Under the pieces are notes generated by a model that was given only the letters and a program-made list of their open reading frames with translations, had not been told where the DNA came from and searched no databases. The position numbers were made by a program, and so were the translations under genes. Shown piece by piece: positions 12,747 to 25,592 of a stretch of 64,000 bases of DNA (the first letter of the stretch is position 1; every line of letters begins with the position of its first letter). The DNA comes from Octopus vulgaris (taxonomy: Eukaryota): the NCBI GenBank assembly GCA_951406725.2, contig OX597840.1, positions 17,856,001 to 17,920,000 of the forward strand, in the 5' to 3' direction.

Positions 12747-13137
12747 GTATGTGTGTTCTCAACCACATGGTTCAGTGTTCATTCCTAGTGCATACATACA
12801 TACATACATACATACATACATACATACATACATACATACATACATACATACATACATACATACACATATACATGCATGTATACATGAATAGCTTCATAAA
12901 TATATACATTAATACAGACATGCACATATTGTATGCATGTTCCAAATATGCACACATATACACATGCTTGCGTGCATGCATGCAGGCATATGTATACATA
13001 CATAAATTCACATATGAATACATATATATATATATGTATATATAACATATATATATTTATATATGTGCATATATATTTATATATACATAAGCATGTCTCT
13101 CTCTCTTTCTTTCTCTCTCTCTCTCTCTCTCTTTCTT

Positions 13138-13201
<64 letters not shown>

Positions 13202-13469
13202 TATATACATGCATGCATAATAGCATACGTATGTTCATAATAACACACAGCTACAAACATACATACATATATACTTACACACTTACATATATCCAGAAAT
13301 ACATGCACACATGTGTACTGGCAAATATACTTGCACTGTTTCTTTCTTTCACCCTCACTCTCTCTCTCCCTCTCCTTCTCCCGTTTCCTCTCTTTCTCTC
13401 CTTTTCCCCCTCTCTCTTTCTCTTTCTCTCTCCCCCTTCTCTCTCTTTCTTTCTCTCTGCATGGATGCC

Positions 13470-13790
13470 TGAAGTTGTTATGTGTGTCGACTGCATTTGA
13501 TATTCTCTGTTGATTCTGGTAACAAAGGCAACAATGGATTGATTCATAGTTCCTGCAAGTCTTGTAGCAGAACCAGATTTCCAAGTGATTTGAGCAGGAA
13601 GAATGTTAGTGCACCCATGTGTGTGTGTGTGCATATTAGGGTTGTCTCTATTGTTTTATTGTGGCGGCAGAGTGTTAAATCATATAAGCATTGACTGAAA
13701 AGAATGGGTGAGAGAATGGATCCTTGCCATACCCCATCAGGAAAGTCAAAAGTTCTGCAAAACATTGTTCTTGTACAATAAACAATGTTT
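13470..13790 (-). pseudogene. Non-LTR retrotransposon RT fragment
   Basis: FDFPDGVWQGSILSPILFS (RT motif B-like); truncated by the SINE at 13791. Confidence 0.65.
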
Positions 13791-14200
13791 GCAGGAGTGG
13801 CTGTGTGGTAAGTAGTTTGCTTACCAGCCACATGGTTCCGGGTTCATTCCCACTGCGTGGAACCTTGGACAAGTGTCTTCTACTATAGCCTCAGGCAAAC
13901 CAAAACCTTGTGAGTGGATTTGGTTGACAGAAATTGAAAAAAGCCTGTTGTATATATGTATATATATATATATATGTATGTGTGTATATGTTTGTGTGTC
14001 TGTGTTTGTCCCCCCAACATCGCTTGACAACCAATGCTGGTGTGTTTACGTCTCCGTAACTTAGCAGTTCGGCAAAAGAGACTGATAGAATAAGTACTAG
14101 GTTTACAAAGAATAAGTTCTGGGGTCGATTTTCTCGACTAAAGGTGGTGCTCCAGCATGGCCACAGTCAAATGACTGAAACAAGTAAAAGAGTATAAAAG
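13791..14200 (+). mobile_element. SINE family A, full length
   Basis: Head, central microsatellite and tail all present. Confidence 0.9.
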
Positions 14201-14749
14201 AGAGAGTAATGTAAAGTAATTTGCTCTGAACTATTTTATGCTATTGTTGTTGTTATTGTTCTCCCATCATTCTGCAATAGCAACAACACCCTGGAACCAC
14301 CCTGGGTGACACTTTAACGGAGTGGGGGCAGTGCAGCATTTTGGGGGTCTGCTGTATAAATCTGTATAGGCTTGCGGGCAGTAGGGTGGGGGAATGGAAA
14401 ACCCAAGGGCAGCCCTGGGAGGCACGCACCCTGCCTGTGGCTACTGTGTTATTGTCATTGTTTATCACAGGTCTGCTCAGAAAATATGGCTCAAACCATC
14501 ACATTTGTGCGTGCCCATCACTAAGTGGGAGCACTGGATGGCATTGGCTCCATCACTACTCAATGGTGAACCCTCAGATTTAGAAAATACACTTTACAAA
14601 ATTCTTCCTGTAAAACATTTCTTGAAATCTGACTGACATTCCCATCACTAATGGGGTGCATTGGAGGGCACTGTCTCCTTCTTTTTCACTGCTGCACCCT
14701 CAGATTCACAGTGGTACTCTTATTTTAAAACTCCACTTTAGCATTATTA

Positions 14750-15316
14750 TTGGGTTGTCCGGAAAGTTCATGCCGATTTTTAAAGGAAAAGAAAAAGTCA
14801 ATAAAATACTTGCCATTACATTTTTAATCAACCAAATATGAACCATTTTGTTGCATAATGCGTCTCCATCTTTCCTTTAACTTGAAAATACCCTCTTCCC
14901 AGAATTGAGGTGGTTTCATGGCAAAGAATTGATCCAGGTATCTTTTTACGTCATCCAAGGAATTGAAATTTTTACCATCGAGACTATTCTGCAGAGACAT
15001 GAATAAGTGGAAATCCAAAGGAGCGAAATCTGGTGAATATGATGGGTGGGGTAACACATCCCAGCTGAGCTGCAGCAATTTTTATCTGGTTCCTAAAGCA
15101 TCAAGTGCCAAAAATGAACTTTCTTATCTTCCATTTTAAAAGGTTACAGAATTAACACAAGTTATAGAAACATAAATCTTCTTCCGCGAAAAGATAGCTT
15201 AAACTGTGATCTAAATGGAGGTGTAGTCAAATCCTATTTTATGGACTCAACCATGTTCTAAAATAAGTCGAAAGATAAGCTACTATAAGTCGGCACAAAC
15301 TTTCCGGACAAACCAA
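14750..15316 (-). mobile_element. Internally deleted mariner transposon
   Basis: TIRs ttgggttgtccggaaagttcatgccga / tcggcacaaactttccggacaaaccaa, TA on both sides; C-terminal WDVLPHPSYSPDFAPLDFHLF motif (ORF 14824-15078). Confidence 0.92.
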
Positions 15317-15544
15317 TACAAATTAGTGCCAACCCAGAATATTCTGAAGCAAACCCAGGCACCAAAGTCTGGCAATGGGCCTGCACTTGTAACCATTGTA
15401 TTTACAAGCTGTATCAAGGACTTGCAGCTTCAATTTTTAATGACAGCACCAATATAATTTCAAGATTTTTATCTGCTCTGCATTATTTACATTATTTACA
15501 TTATTTACATTCAGTGGATATTTGTCCTCATCTTGTTTGTTGTT

Positions 15545-15590
15545 AACACAATGTTTCGGCTGATATACCCTCCAGCCTTCATCAGGTGTC
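15545..15590 (-). ncRNA. Minimal hammerhead ribozyme
   Basis: GACAC-CTGATGA-A-GGCTG-gagggtatat-CAGCC-GAAAC-ATT-GTGTT; one mismatch in stem III. Confidence 0.65.
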
Positions 15591-15637
15591 TTGGGGAAAT
15601 TTCAAACCTGGGTCCTCATTCCTAAGGCATTTTTCTA

Positions 15638-15716
<79 letters not shown>

Positions 15717-15877
15717 GTTCAGGTCACTGCTTGGAATCGAACTCAGAATCTTGGGGTTAGTAGCCTGCCCTCTTAACCACTATGCCATATGCCCACAGGC
15801 ATATGTTGCTGCCCATTCTGAACAACGACAATAATAAAAATAATAATAATAATAATAAAATCAATAATGATAAAAAT

Positions 15878-15912
<35 letters not shown>

Positions 15913-15961
15913 CATTGAAAAATACCTTAGGCATGAGAACCCAGATCCGAAATTTCCCCAA

Positions 15962-16004
15962 GACACCTGAAGAAGGCTGGAGGGTATATCAGCCGAAACG
16001 TGTT
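15962..16004 (+). ncRNA. Minimal hammerhead ribozyme, cleavage triplet deleted
   Basis: GACAC-CTGAAGA-A-GGCTG..CAGCC-GAAAC-GTGTT. Confidence 0.5.
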
Positions 16005-16392
16005 AACAAAAAACAAGATGAGGACAAATATCCGTCGAATGTAAATAATATAAATAATGTAAATAATGCACATAATTCCTCATCTCTTAAATATAGAACT
16101 GTTTTATCTGCTCTCTTTAGCAGATTGCGTGGTCACACACAGGCTTTCATTTGATCTCTTTGTTATTGTCGTCAATGAGGTTATTGTTGTTGATGTTATT
16201 GTTGTGATTGAGAATATTATTGTTGTTGTTCTTGATGGTGATGGTGGTGGTGGTGGTTGTGGTTGTGGTGGTGGTGGTGGTTGTGGTGGTGGTAGTGGAG
16301 GTGGTGAAGGTGACAGCAGCCATAGGAATGGTTGTAACAGTTTGGGTTTGTGAATGTGGTATTAGCTGTGTACCTTAGTAGTACTAGTTGTT

Positions 16393-16429
<37 letters not shown>

Positions 16430-16559
16430 CAGCAGCAGTAGCAGTAATAATGATGGCAGTGTTGGTGGTTACGGTTCCTTTCTTAATTGTTTTGCGATGA
16501 TTTTCAATGTTTGTGGAGGAGGTGTGTGTTCAGGCATGCGTGTGATTGCAAACGTGTCA

Positions 16560-16860
16560 GTCTGTGTCTGTGTGTGTGTGTGCGTGTGTGCATGTGTGTG
16601 TTTGTGTGTTTCTGTGCATGTTTGTTTGTGTGTGTGTGTATGTGTGTGTGTGTATGTGTGTGTGTATTTGTTTGTTTGTGTTTGTGTGTGTGTATTTGTT
16701 TGTTTGTGTTTGTGTGTGTGTATGTGTGTGTGTGTATGTGTGTGTGTGTGTATGTGTTTGTGTGTATGTTTGTTGTGTTTGAGTGTGTGTATGTGTGTGT
16801 GTGTGCATGTGTGTGTTTGTGTGTTTCTGTGCATGTTTGTTTGTGTGTGTGTATGTGTGA
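16560..16860. repeat. (GT)n-rich degenerate microsatellite
   Basis: Direct inspection. Confidence 0.92.
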
Positions 16861-17338
16861 GAGACTAGGGAGTGAGAGAAAGAGGCAGAGAGACTAAAAG
16901 CAAGAGAGAGAGAGAGAACAGAAAGGTATGTCTGTGTGTGTGTGTGTTTGCATATGTGTGTGCATGTTTGTACACGTGTGTGTGTGTGTGTGTGTGTAGC
17001 GGCAGCAATAATTTCCTTTGATGTTTTTTTTTTCATATTTATTCCAAGCCTTACTTCCGGTTGAATACCTCCACAGAAACGTGTGTGGGAGAGAGGGAGG
17101 GAGAGAGAGAAAGAGACACCTATCTTTGTTATTGAACCAATCAATAAGCACCAAAGCTATTGATGAGGCATTGACTCATCACCAGAGGTGTGAAGCTGGG
17201 AGGGTGTGGTGGCAGAGGGACGGTAGGTGAGGGAGAATTTCATTTGAGATGAGTTGAGTGAGGGGTGGGGGTGAGTTACAAGGAGTGGGGGAGTATCACT
17301 CTTTCACATACACATCAAAGCATTTAATCCTGTGTGTA

Positions 17339-17346
<8 letters not shown>

Positions 17347-17369
<23 letters not shown>

Positions 17370-17448
17370 CTATACACATATATATATACATACGTATATA
17401 TATATATATATATATATACATACATATATATTTATATATATAAAGATA

Positions 17449-17500
<52 letters not shown>

Positions 17501-17695
17501 TATATAGATACATATATATATACATATATATATACATATATATATATATGATGATGATATATATATATATGTATATATATATATATGTATATATATATAT
17601 GTATATATGTGTATGTATATATATGTATTTATATATATATATATATATAGTTAATCCAAAATATGTATGTATATATATATATATATATATACATA
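17347..17695. repeat. (TA)n-rich tract
   Basis: Direct inspection. Confidence 0.95.
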
Positions 17696-17696
17696 T

Positions 17697-17996
17697 GGAG
17701 GCACATGGCCTAGTGAGTAGAGCAGTGAACTCGCGGTCGAGGGATCACGGGTTCAAATCTCAGACCGGGCGATGTATGTGTTTATGAGTGAAACACCTAA
17801 GCTCCATGCAGCTCCGGCAGAAGGTAATTGCGAACTCCTGCTGACTCTTTCGCTACAACTGTCTCTCACTCTTTCCTCCTGCATCTTGCAGCTCACCTAT
17901 GACGGACCAGCATCCCATCCAGGTGGGGAACCTATACATCAAGAAAACCGGGAAACCAGCCCTAATGAGCCAGGCGTGGCTCGAAAAGGAACAAAC
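17697..17996 (+). mobile_element. SINE family C-related element (same head, different tail)
   Basis: ggaggcacatggcctagtg..gggttcaaatctcagaccgggcg head; distinct 3' region ending ggaacaaac. Confidence 0.78.
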
Positions 17997-18819
17997 ATTA
18001 TATATATATATGGTGGAGTAGGGTCTCACACCCCGAAAGGAGTCTCAGGGAGTAGCATCCCTGCCTTCCTGAGCTAGTTTTCCACCACATTTCTTAAAAA
18101 TCTTGGTAGAGGCCTTGGTCTTGAGACCCCTCATGTCCAGAAACTGAGGTTGGGGGTAAGCAAGGACATGGTCCCCAAAGAAAATCCAGCTCCTGAAAAG
18201 CCTGATGAAAGCAAAAGAGAAAGGGCAGCTGAATGCATGTTCTTAACCACACGGTCCATACCTGCCTCTGTATCATTATCATCATTATCGTTATCATCAT
18301 CATCACCACCACCACCACCACAATCACTGGCACCACCACCACCACAACCACCACCATCATCATCATCATCATCATCGTCATCTTAACCCCCCAGCTTCGT
18401 CATTATCACAATCATCATCATAATCACAATTGCAATCAACATCATTATTATCATCAATGTTACCACCACCACTACCACCACCACCACCACCACCACCACT
18501 CCATTCCTACTCCTTCACTTCTTTCTTCTCTTCCTCCTCCTCCTCCTCCTCCTCCTCCTCATCATCATCATCATCACCATGTTTTCAATAGTTTCATGTG
18601 TGCTTTTACTATGCTTCCAGGTGCACTTTTGTGTTGTTGATTGTGTATATGTGTGAGTGTGTGTGTGTGTGCATGTGTGGTGTTGGGATGTGTCACGTGT
18701 GCATAGTATTATCTTTTGAATAGTATGTAAAACAGTGCACATGCTTCCATCTGCATCACCCAGGCAACACAGATGTAGCGTGTACTTTTAATATGTTGAA
18801 CATAGTAGACATATTTAGA

Positions 18820-19270
<451 letters not shown>

Positions 19271-19369
19271 ATGTTATAACATAAAATATATTATTGTTGT
19301 TGTTGTTGTCAAATGGTGATGGTGGTGAAAAAAACATAGATAAAAAAACGCAAATATATATATATGCAA

Positions 19370-19560
19370 TGGGCTTCTTTTCAGTTTCCATCTAAAAAGT
19401 TTACTCATACGTATTTGTTTGGTTGTGTTTACTTCCCAGTAACTTAGAGGTTTGGTGACCTGGCATACGTCATTTACCCTAGGTGCCACAGTGTGGAACT
19501 GAACCAGGAACCATGAGGTTAGCAAGCAAACCTCTTACCACACAGCTACACATGCACCTA
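19370..19560 (-). mobile_element. SINE family A fragment (diverged, rearranged)
   Basis: gggcttcttttcagtttcc...ggaactgaacc..cttaccacacagc. Confidence 0.65.
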
Positions 19561-19741
19561 TCCTATTATTTATGTTTCTATTATGTATGTACGTATGTAT
19601 GTATATACATACGTACATACACACGTGTATGTATGTAGGAATGTGTATATGTGTGTGTATATATACACACATGTGCAAACACACATATACACATACATAC
19701 ATACACTGAGTGTATGTATGTATGTGTATATGTGTGTGTGT

Positions 19742-19790
<49 letters not shown>

Positions 19791-20268
19791 TATGTATATA
19801 TATGTATATATATACTTACATGTCAAAGCACTCATATACACATACATAGATACACTCATGCATACACACATAAATACATGTGTACACGCATACTTGCACA
19901 CATATATACATACACACATATACATACACACACACACGCATGCACAGAGATACACACATATTGTTTAAAAACCTCAAGACCAATCACTTAAGAATAGCAA
20001 CTGAAAAGGCGATTACACTGGCAGTGCTCCAGCATGGCCTCTGCCTTTCGGGCTGAAATGTCTAAAAGAATAACTAAATCAAAAGATAAAACTCGGGTGG
20101 CACTTCAACTGGCAATCGTGTGCAGTCTGAGATGAATGGTTCCATTGGGTGGTAACTATGTTTCGCTCATTGTGTCGCACATGTTGTGCTCTTAGCTTCA
20201 TCATTGGCGAGAAAATCATATAGAATAGAGTTGGTTAGGTGTGTATATGTGGAGTTTGTGGGGTGGTG

Positions 20269-20306
<38 letters not shown>

Positions 20307-20431
20307 TATACATAGATTCAGATGAATATGGTACTTAAGTTGAGGCATCAGAATTTAGTACGGTATTATCCATACATTTTCGAAATAATGTGATTAAAAT
20401 CAAAATAAGCAACAAGGATATCCAGAGGTAA

Positions 20432-20518
20432 TGCAGTATGATTGTTTCATGCAACTCCATTTAATTGGACAATGCAATCATTACATCAATTTAAAATGTA
20501 GAGCAATCTTCAGTTGCA
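20432..20518 (-). ncRNA. Degenerate hammerhead ribozyme in a short (TA)n-flanked element
   Basis: TGCAA-CTGAAGA-TTGC...GCAT-GAAAC-AATC-ATA-CTGCA; short inverted repeat 20398-20419 / 20548-20569. Confidence 0.4.
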
Positions 20519-20582
20519 CAAAGTCATAGAATTCTATGTCTTTGTGCATCCATGTTGCTTATTTTGATTATATATATATATA

Positions 20583-20932
20583 TTCTTTTCCTAGTTTCTG
20601 TCAATTAACTGTGGCCATGCTGTGGCACCACCTTAAAGAATTTTATTTAAATGAATCTACTCCAATACCTATTTGTTTTTAAGCCTGGTACTTATTCTGT
20701 TGCTTCCTTTTGCTGAACTGCTAAGTTATGGAGACATAATCACACCAACACTAGTTGTCAAATGGTGGTGGTGGTGGGGGTCACAAACACACACATACAT
20801 GCTATGGGCTTCTTTCAGTTTCCGTCTACCAAATCCACTCACAAGGCTTTGGTCAGCTCAAGGCTATAATAGAAGACACTTGCCAAAGGTTCCATGCAGT
20901 GGAACTGAACCCGGAACCATGTGGTTGGGAAG
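20583..20932 (-). mobile_element. SINE family A
   Basis: Reverse complement of the family A consensus. Confidence 0.85.
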
Positions 20933-21019
20933 TAACAACAATACTTGTGCCTCTATACATGTATTTTTTACAAGTTTCAGTCATTTGACTGGGGCCATGA
21001 TGGGACACCAGCTCGAAGA

Positions 21020-21073
<54 letters not shown>

Positions 21074-22205
21074 TGCATACATATATATATATATGTGTGT
21101 GTGTATATATATATATAGTAGAAACACACACATGCCAATGTTGTTGTAAACTCTAAGTTCTCCACCTCCGCCATTCTCCTAGTTTTATTAGAACTGGTTA
21201 TGCTAAGAGAGAATATAGGGGTAGATGGGTAGAAGGCTGGTTGCTTATATGAAATTCAATAGCTGTTTCTTGAGAACAAGGGTTTTGTTGGTTAACTCGT
21301 GTAGGAGGGCCTTGTTTGTGGAGGACAAAGGAAGAGTGGTGGGGAGACAAGGCTGTTAATGGCGGTTTCTTTTAGATGCAGATGAGAGGGTGACACGCAG
21401 GGATGGTTGTACTGTATTGTAGTCAGTTGTTGTTGTTGTTGCTGTTGTTGCTGCCGCTGTTCTTCTTCCTCTTTGTGTTTTCATGTGCTCTAAGAAACTA
21501 GGATGACATTGACATGTGTGTGTGTGTGTGTACACATGTGTGCATGTGTTTGTGTGTCTTTAACTTTGTTTCGATTTACAGAGATGTAAACAAACTATAT
21601 TCAACACGTTTGAGTGTACTTGGACATGTGAAGACCTCCACTGTGGAGCTAGTCCTGAGAAAAAAATTCTACCCTTAGACATGTGTAAAAGTACTAGATG
21701 GGCTGTGAATGACATCACTGGGCCACAGGGGATGCACACACACACACACACACACGCACATACACACACACACATGCCATATGCACCACACATATACACA
21801 CACACACCTGATGTTCATTTTGTCTATTTATTCTTTAATTCTTAAAATCATTCTCAAATACAACAAAGAAAGGAAGAACCGTTCTTTGTGTGTCTAAGAC
21901 ACCAGGTACTCCCATTAGATTTTACCAAACAGCAGGAACTAAACATAGTCACATGCGGAACATTATACTTGGCAGGCGTATATATTGTTGTTCTACATTC
22001 AGCAACAGTTATATATACATATACACACACATACTCACACATATATATCTGTGTGTATATGCATATATAAATATACGTGTGTGTGCATGTATCTAGAGAT
22101 GCATATCTATATGTGTGAGCGTATATGAATATACACACATGTGTACCCGTGGGTATGTGTTTTCCGATCTTCTTTGGTGTTTTAGAGGTATATAATGTCT
22201 GAGTA

Positions 22206-22256
<51 letters not shown>

Positions 22257-22400
22257 CTATGTACATTTGTATGCATATATATATGTATGTATGTGTGCGT
22301 ATGTATGTATGTGGATATGCATATGTGTATGTGTGTATCATGTGCTCCATATATGCATGTGTGTGTATGTATACATATATAGATACCTATACATACACAC

Positions 22401-22459
22401 ATCATCATCATCATCATCATCATCGTTTAACATCCGTTTTCCATGCTAGCATGGGTTGG

Positions 22460-22460
<1 letters not shown>
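22401..22460 (-). mobile_element. RTE-type LINE extreme 3' end
   Basis: (CAT)n-cgtttaacatccgttttccatgctagcatgggttgga. Confidence 0.7.
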
Positions 22461-22497
<37 letters not shown>

Positions 22498-22693
22498 TAA
22501 TAGATGAGTGTATTTTTACCTTGTTAACAATAACATGGAAAAATAAATAAATAGTTACCAGGGCAGCAAAAATCTCACAAGTAAAGGTGTTGTAACTCCT
22601 TGTTTATAAAGGTAGAAACTTCATGTTTACGTTGAATATTTTGAATAATATGAATAAAAAATGGAGTTAACGCAGGTGTAATCAAATATTTTT

Positions 22694-22779
22694 ACTTTCG
22701 ACACATGTTTCGAAAATTCCACTGATACTATTCAAAAGAATAAATGGTATAAACAATGCAATCTTCTCCTCAGGAAAGT
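22694..22779 (-). ncRNA. Type I hammerhead ribozyme in the PLE 3' region
   Basis: ACTTTC-CTGAGGA-GAAGATT...AATTTTC-GAAAC-ATGT-GTC-GAAAGT; 6-bp stem I, GUC cleavage triplet. Confidence 0.8.
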
Positions 22780-22979
22780 GAAAAAAACGAAACTCGTCAA
22801 TAAGACATCTTAGCAAAAAATGATGGATTTGTATCACGATTGACAGAACGCTATTATATTGTTTAAAAAAACGTTATATGATATAACGTCATAAGTAGCT
22901 AACAGAAAGAGTAGGGATATTAATAGTGAATGTTAAATATAAAGGAAGTTAAAGTTTAAATTATATATAATGATAGAGA

Positions 22980-23708
22980 CTACTTATATGCACTAAAAGT
23001 ATGTTTCTGCCAATGCTTACATCTGTATGCTCGCTCTATAACCGTGTTTACTAGAGTATTTTTAGAAAAAATAATGAAAAATAGCCCAGAATTGCAGAGA
23101 AGACAGAATTTCTTGCCTTTGTCATATGGTATCGAAATTGAGAGGATCAACCATTCTAAATGAAATTGTTCATTGTGGTCTTTTAAATCCCAAATCAGTT
23201 TGCTGAGACCGGTACTATTCCGTTTATTTCTATCCCTAAATGTTGAGTAATGGATAGAAATTCTCTTAGATAACTCTAACGATGTGCTTCCAATGTAAAA
23301 TCGTACTTTATTACGAGTACTGATTATACACTGCTATATAGACTTTTTAATCTTAGAGTTACTTGACATAAATTTAATTCTATTGGAATTGACTTCAGAT
23401 ACAATAACCTTGTTATTAATATTTCTAGAGGGTTGGATGGTAGTAGCTAAATTAATGTTAGTATTAGTAAATGTATTAATATTTAACAGTTTGTTATTAT
23501 GAGAAGATATAATTTGCAAGAGATTTTTTGTGTTTGAAAAACCTATCCTAACCTTATGTGAATTAATTATAGAGTAATATCTAGAATTGTTTGGAAAATT
23601 CCTAGCAATAGCTTGACGAAACAGCAGTGGGAGATTAGATTTAATTTGTCTCCCGTAAGGAATTATTAACCAAATATTTTTACTAGTATTAATAGCGTAA
23701 TTACTCAT
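22980..23708 (-). pseudogene. PLE RT C-terminus/linker plus GIY-YIG endonuclease
   Basis: SI*QCIISTRNKVRFYIGSTSLELSKRISIHYSTF..STGLSKLIWDLK..EWLIL..PY..CLLC..VN..RCKH; one in-frame stop, read as Tyr (IYKC) in the inverted copy. Confidence 0.88.
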
Positions 23709-23990
23709 AATAACAAACTGTTAAATATTAATACATTTACTAATACTAACATTAATTTAGCTAATACCATCCAACCCTCTAGAAATATTAATAACAAGGT
23801 TATTGTATCTGAAGTCAATTCCAATAGAATTAAATTTATGTCAAGTAACTCTAAGATTAAAAATTCTATATACAAGTGTATAATCAGTACTCGTAATAAA
23901 GTATGATTTTACATTGGAAGCATATCGTTAGAGTTATCTAAAAGAATTTCTATCCATCGTTAGAGTTATCTAAAAGAATTTCTATCCATA

Positions 23991-24036
<46 letters not shown>

Positions 24037-24038
<2 letters not shown>

Positions 24039-24120
24039 GGATGTCTTATATCACCATTCCACATATACAAAAAAAGCCATACCAACAATCCAACGTATCT
24101 CCATCATCAGCTGCCCAACA
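24037..24120 (-). repeat. Dispersed repeat homologous to 483-563 (contains gcagctgatgatgg)
   Basis: Reverse complement gggcagctgatgatggagatacgttggattgttggtatggc matches 483-525. Confidence 0.7.
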
Positions 24121-24279
24121 GATATCATTATGGTTTTGACAACCATGCAATACCATTCAATCCGGAGGTGACTAAAAGAAGTGTTGTTTGGGAGCAAACA
24201 TATAAAAAAACACAACTTTCAAGCACATTTACTCTATGTACAACAGTATTCAATCTAAATATAGGCAGGATTAAACTAA

Positions 24280-24435
24280 GTGGCTGTGTGTTAAGTAGTT
24301 TGCTTACCAACCACATAGTTCCGGGTTCAGTCCCACTGCATGGCACCTTGGGCAGGTGTCTTCTACTATAGCTTTGGGATGAACAAAGCCTCGTGAGCGG
24401 ATTTGGTAGGCGGAAACTGAAAGAAGCCCATCATA

Positions 24436-24514
<79 letters not shown>

Positions 24515-24725
24515 GTATGTGTGTGTCTGTGTTTGTCCCCGCAACAACACTTGACAACCGATGGTGGTGTGTTTACATTCCTGTAACTTAGCGGTTCGGC
24601 AAAAGAGACCAAGAGAATAAGTACTAGGCTTACAAAGAATAAGTCTTGGGGGTCGATTTGCCCGACTAAAAAAAAGGTTGTGCTCCAGCATGGCGGCAGT
24701 CAAATGATTGAAACAAGTAAAAGAA
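24280..24725 (+). mobile_element. SINE family A, full length
   Basis: Head, (TA)n core, tail. Confidence 0.9.
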
Positions 24726-25338
24726 TTTATATATATATGTATTTATATGTGTGAATGCATACATGTATGTTTCTATTTATGAAAATATGAATGTATATAT
24801 GCGTGCATGTATATATGTATGTATGCATGTATATAGGTATGTAGTTATGTATACAACTAATAATATACACCGTACCTATATATAAATACCTGACGAATGA
24901 CAGAAACCATTTATGTGACTTCAGCCATGTATCTGTCACGAACCTAGGCAGTGGTACCCTAGTACACTGCACTTGGTGTACATTCCCTTCTCTCTTAAAT
25001 TAGGCATCAGTGTCTATCTAGTTTAAAACAACACGTAACCTGTGCAATATACCCCGGGTGGTGATGGAGTGGAGATGGCAGGGGTGCATGGTTGAAATTC
25101 CGTCGCGTTTTATGTTTGTTCTCTTTCGTTTTCAAATTGGCTTTTAATTATGTTTGTGATGTGTGTGTGTGTGTGTGAGTGTGTGTGCACATGTGTGTAT
25201 GTGTATATGTGCATTTTTGTACGCATATATGTATGTATATACATACATTTATATATGTATGCTTATGTATTATATATATATATATATATGTATATGCATT
25301 AGTATATATAAATGTGTGTGTGTGTGTATATATATATA

Positions 25339-25379
<41 letters not shown>

Positions 25380-25546
25380 TATATGTGTGTACGTATATGT
25401 ATATGCCCTTCCTTTCTCTCTCTGAGAAATCCACGCGTGATGTATGTTTTTTAGTTTTATAGTTAATTACTTGTAGCAAAGTATATTGAAAAGGATTAAT
25501 TAAATTAAATACATATATTCCTATTTATATTAATAATAATAATTAT

Positions 25547-25591
<45 letters not shown>

Positions 25592-25592
25592 T

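Larger units (their letters stand above)
15482..16101. mobile_element. tRNA-headed, HHR-bearing element (minus, 15796-15482) plus inverted copy of its tail (plus, ~15905-16101)
   Basis: A box TGGCATAGTGG and B box GTTCGATTCC, (AAT)n linker, then a ~150-bp tail repeated in inverted orientation. Confidence 0.75.
22500..23990 (-). mobile_element. Penelope-like retroelement, 5'-truncated, with inverted 5' segment
   Basis: GIY-YIG ORF, HHR in the 3' region, ~23708-23957 is the reverse complement of ~23250-23500, (TA)n flanks. Confidence 0.88.

Noticed and set aside
15721-15796. Functional tRNA gene
   Set aside because: A/B boxes are present but the acceptor and anticodon stems pair poorly and it runs into (AAT)n; treated as a SINE-like head
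24934-25085. LTR starting TGTCACG
   Set aside because: No matching 3' terminus, PBS or second copy visible
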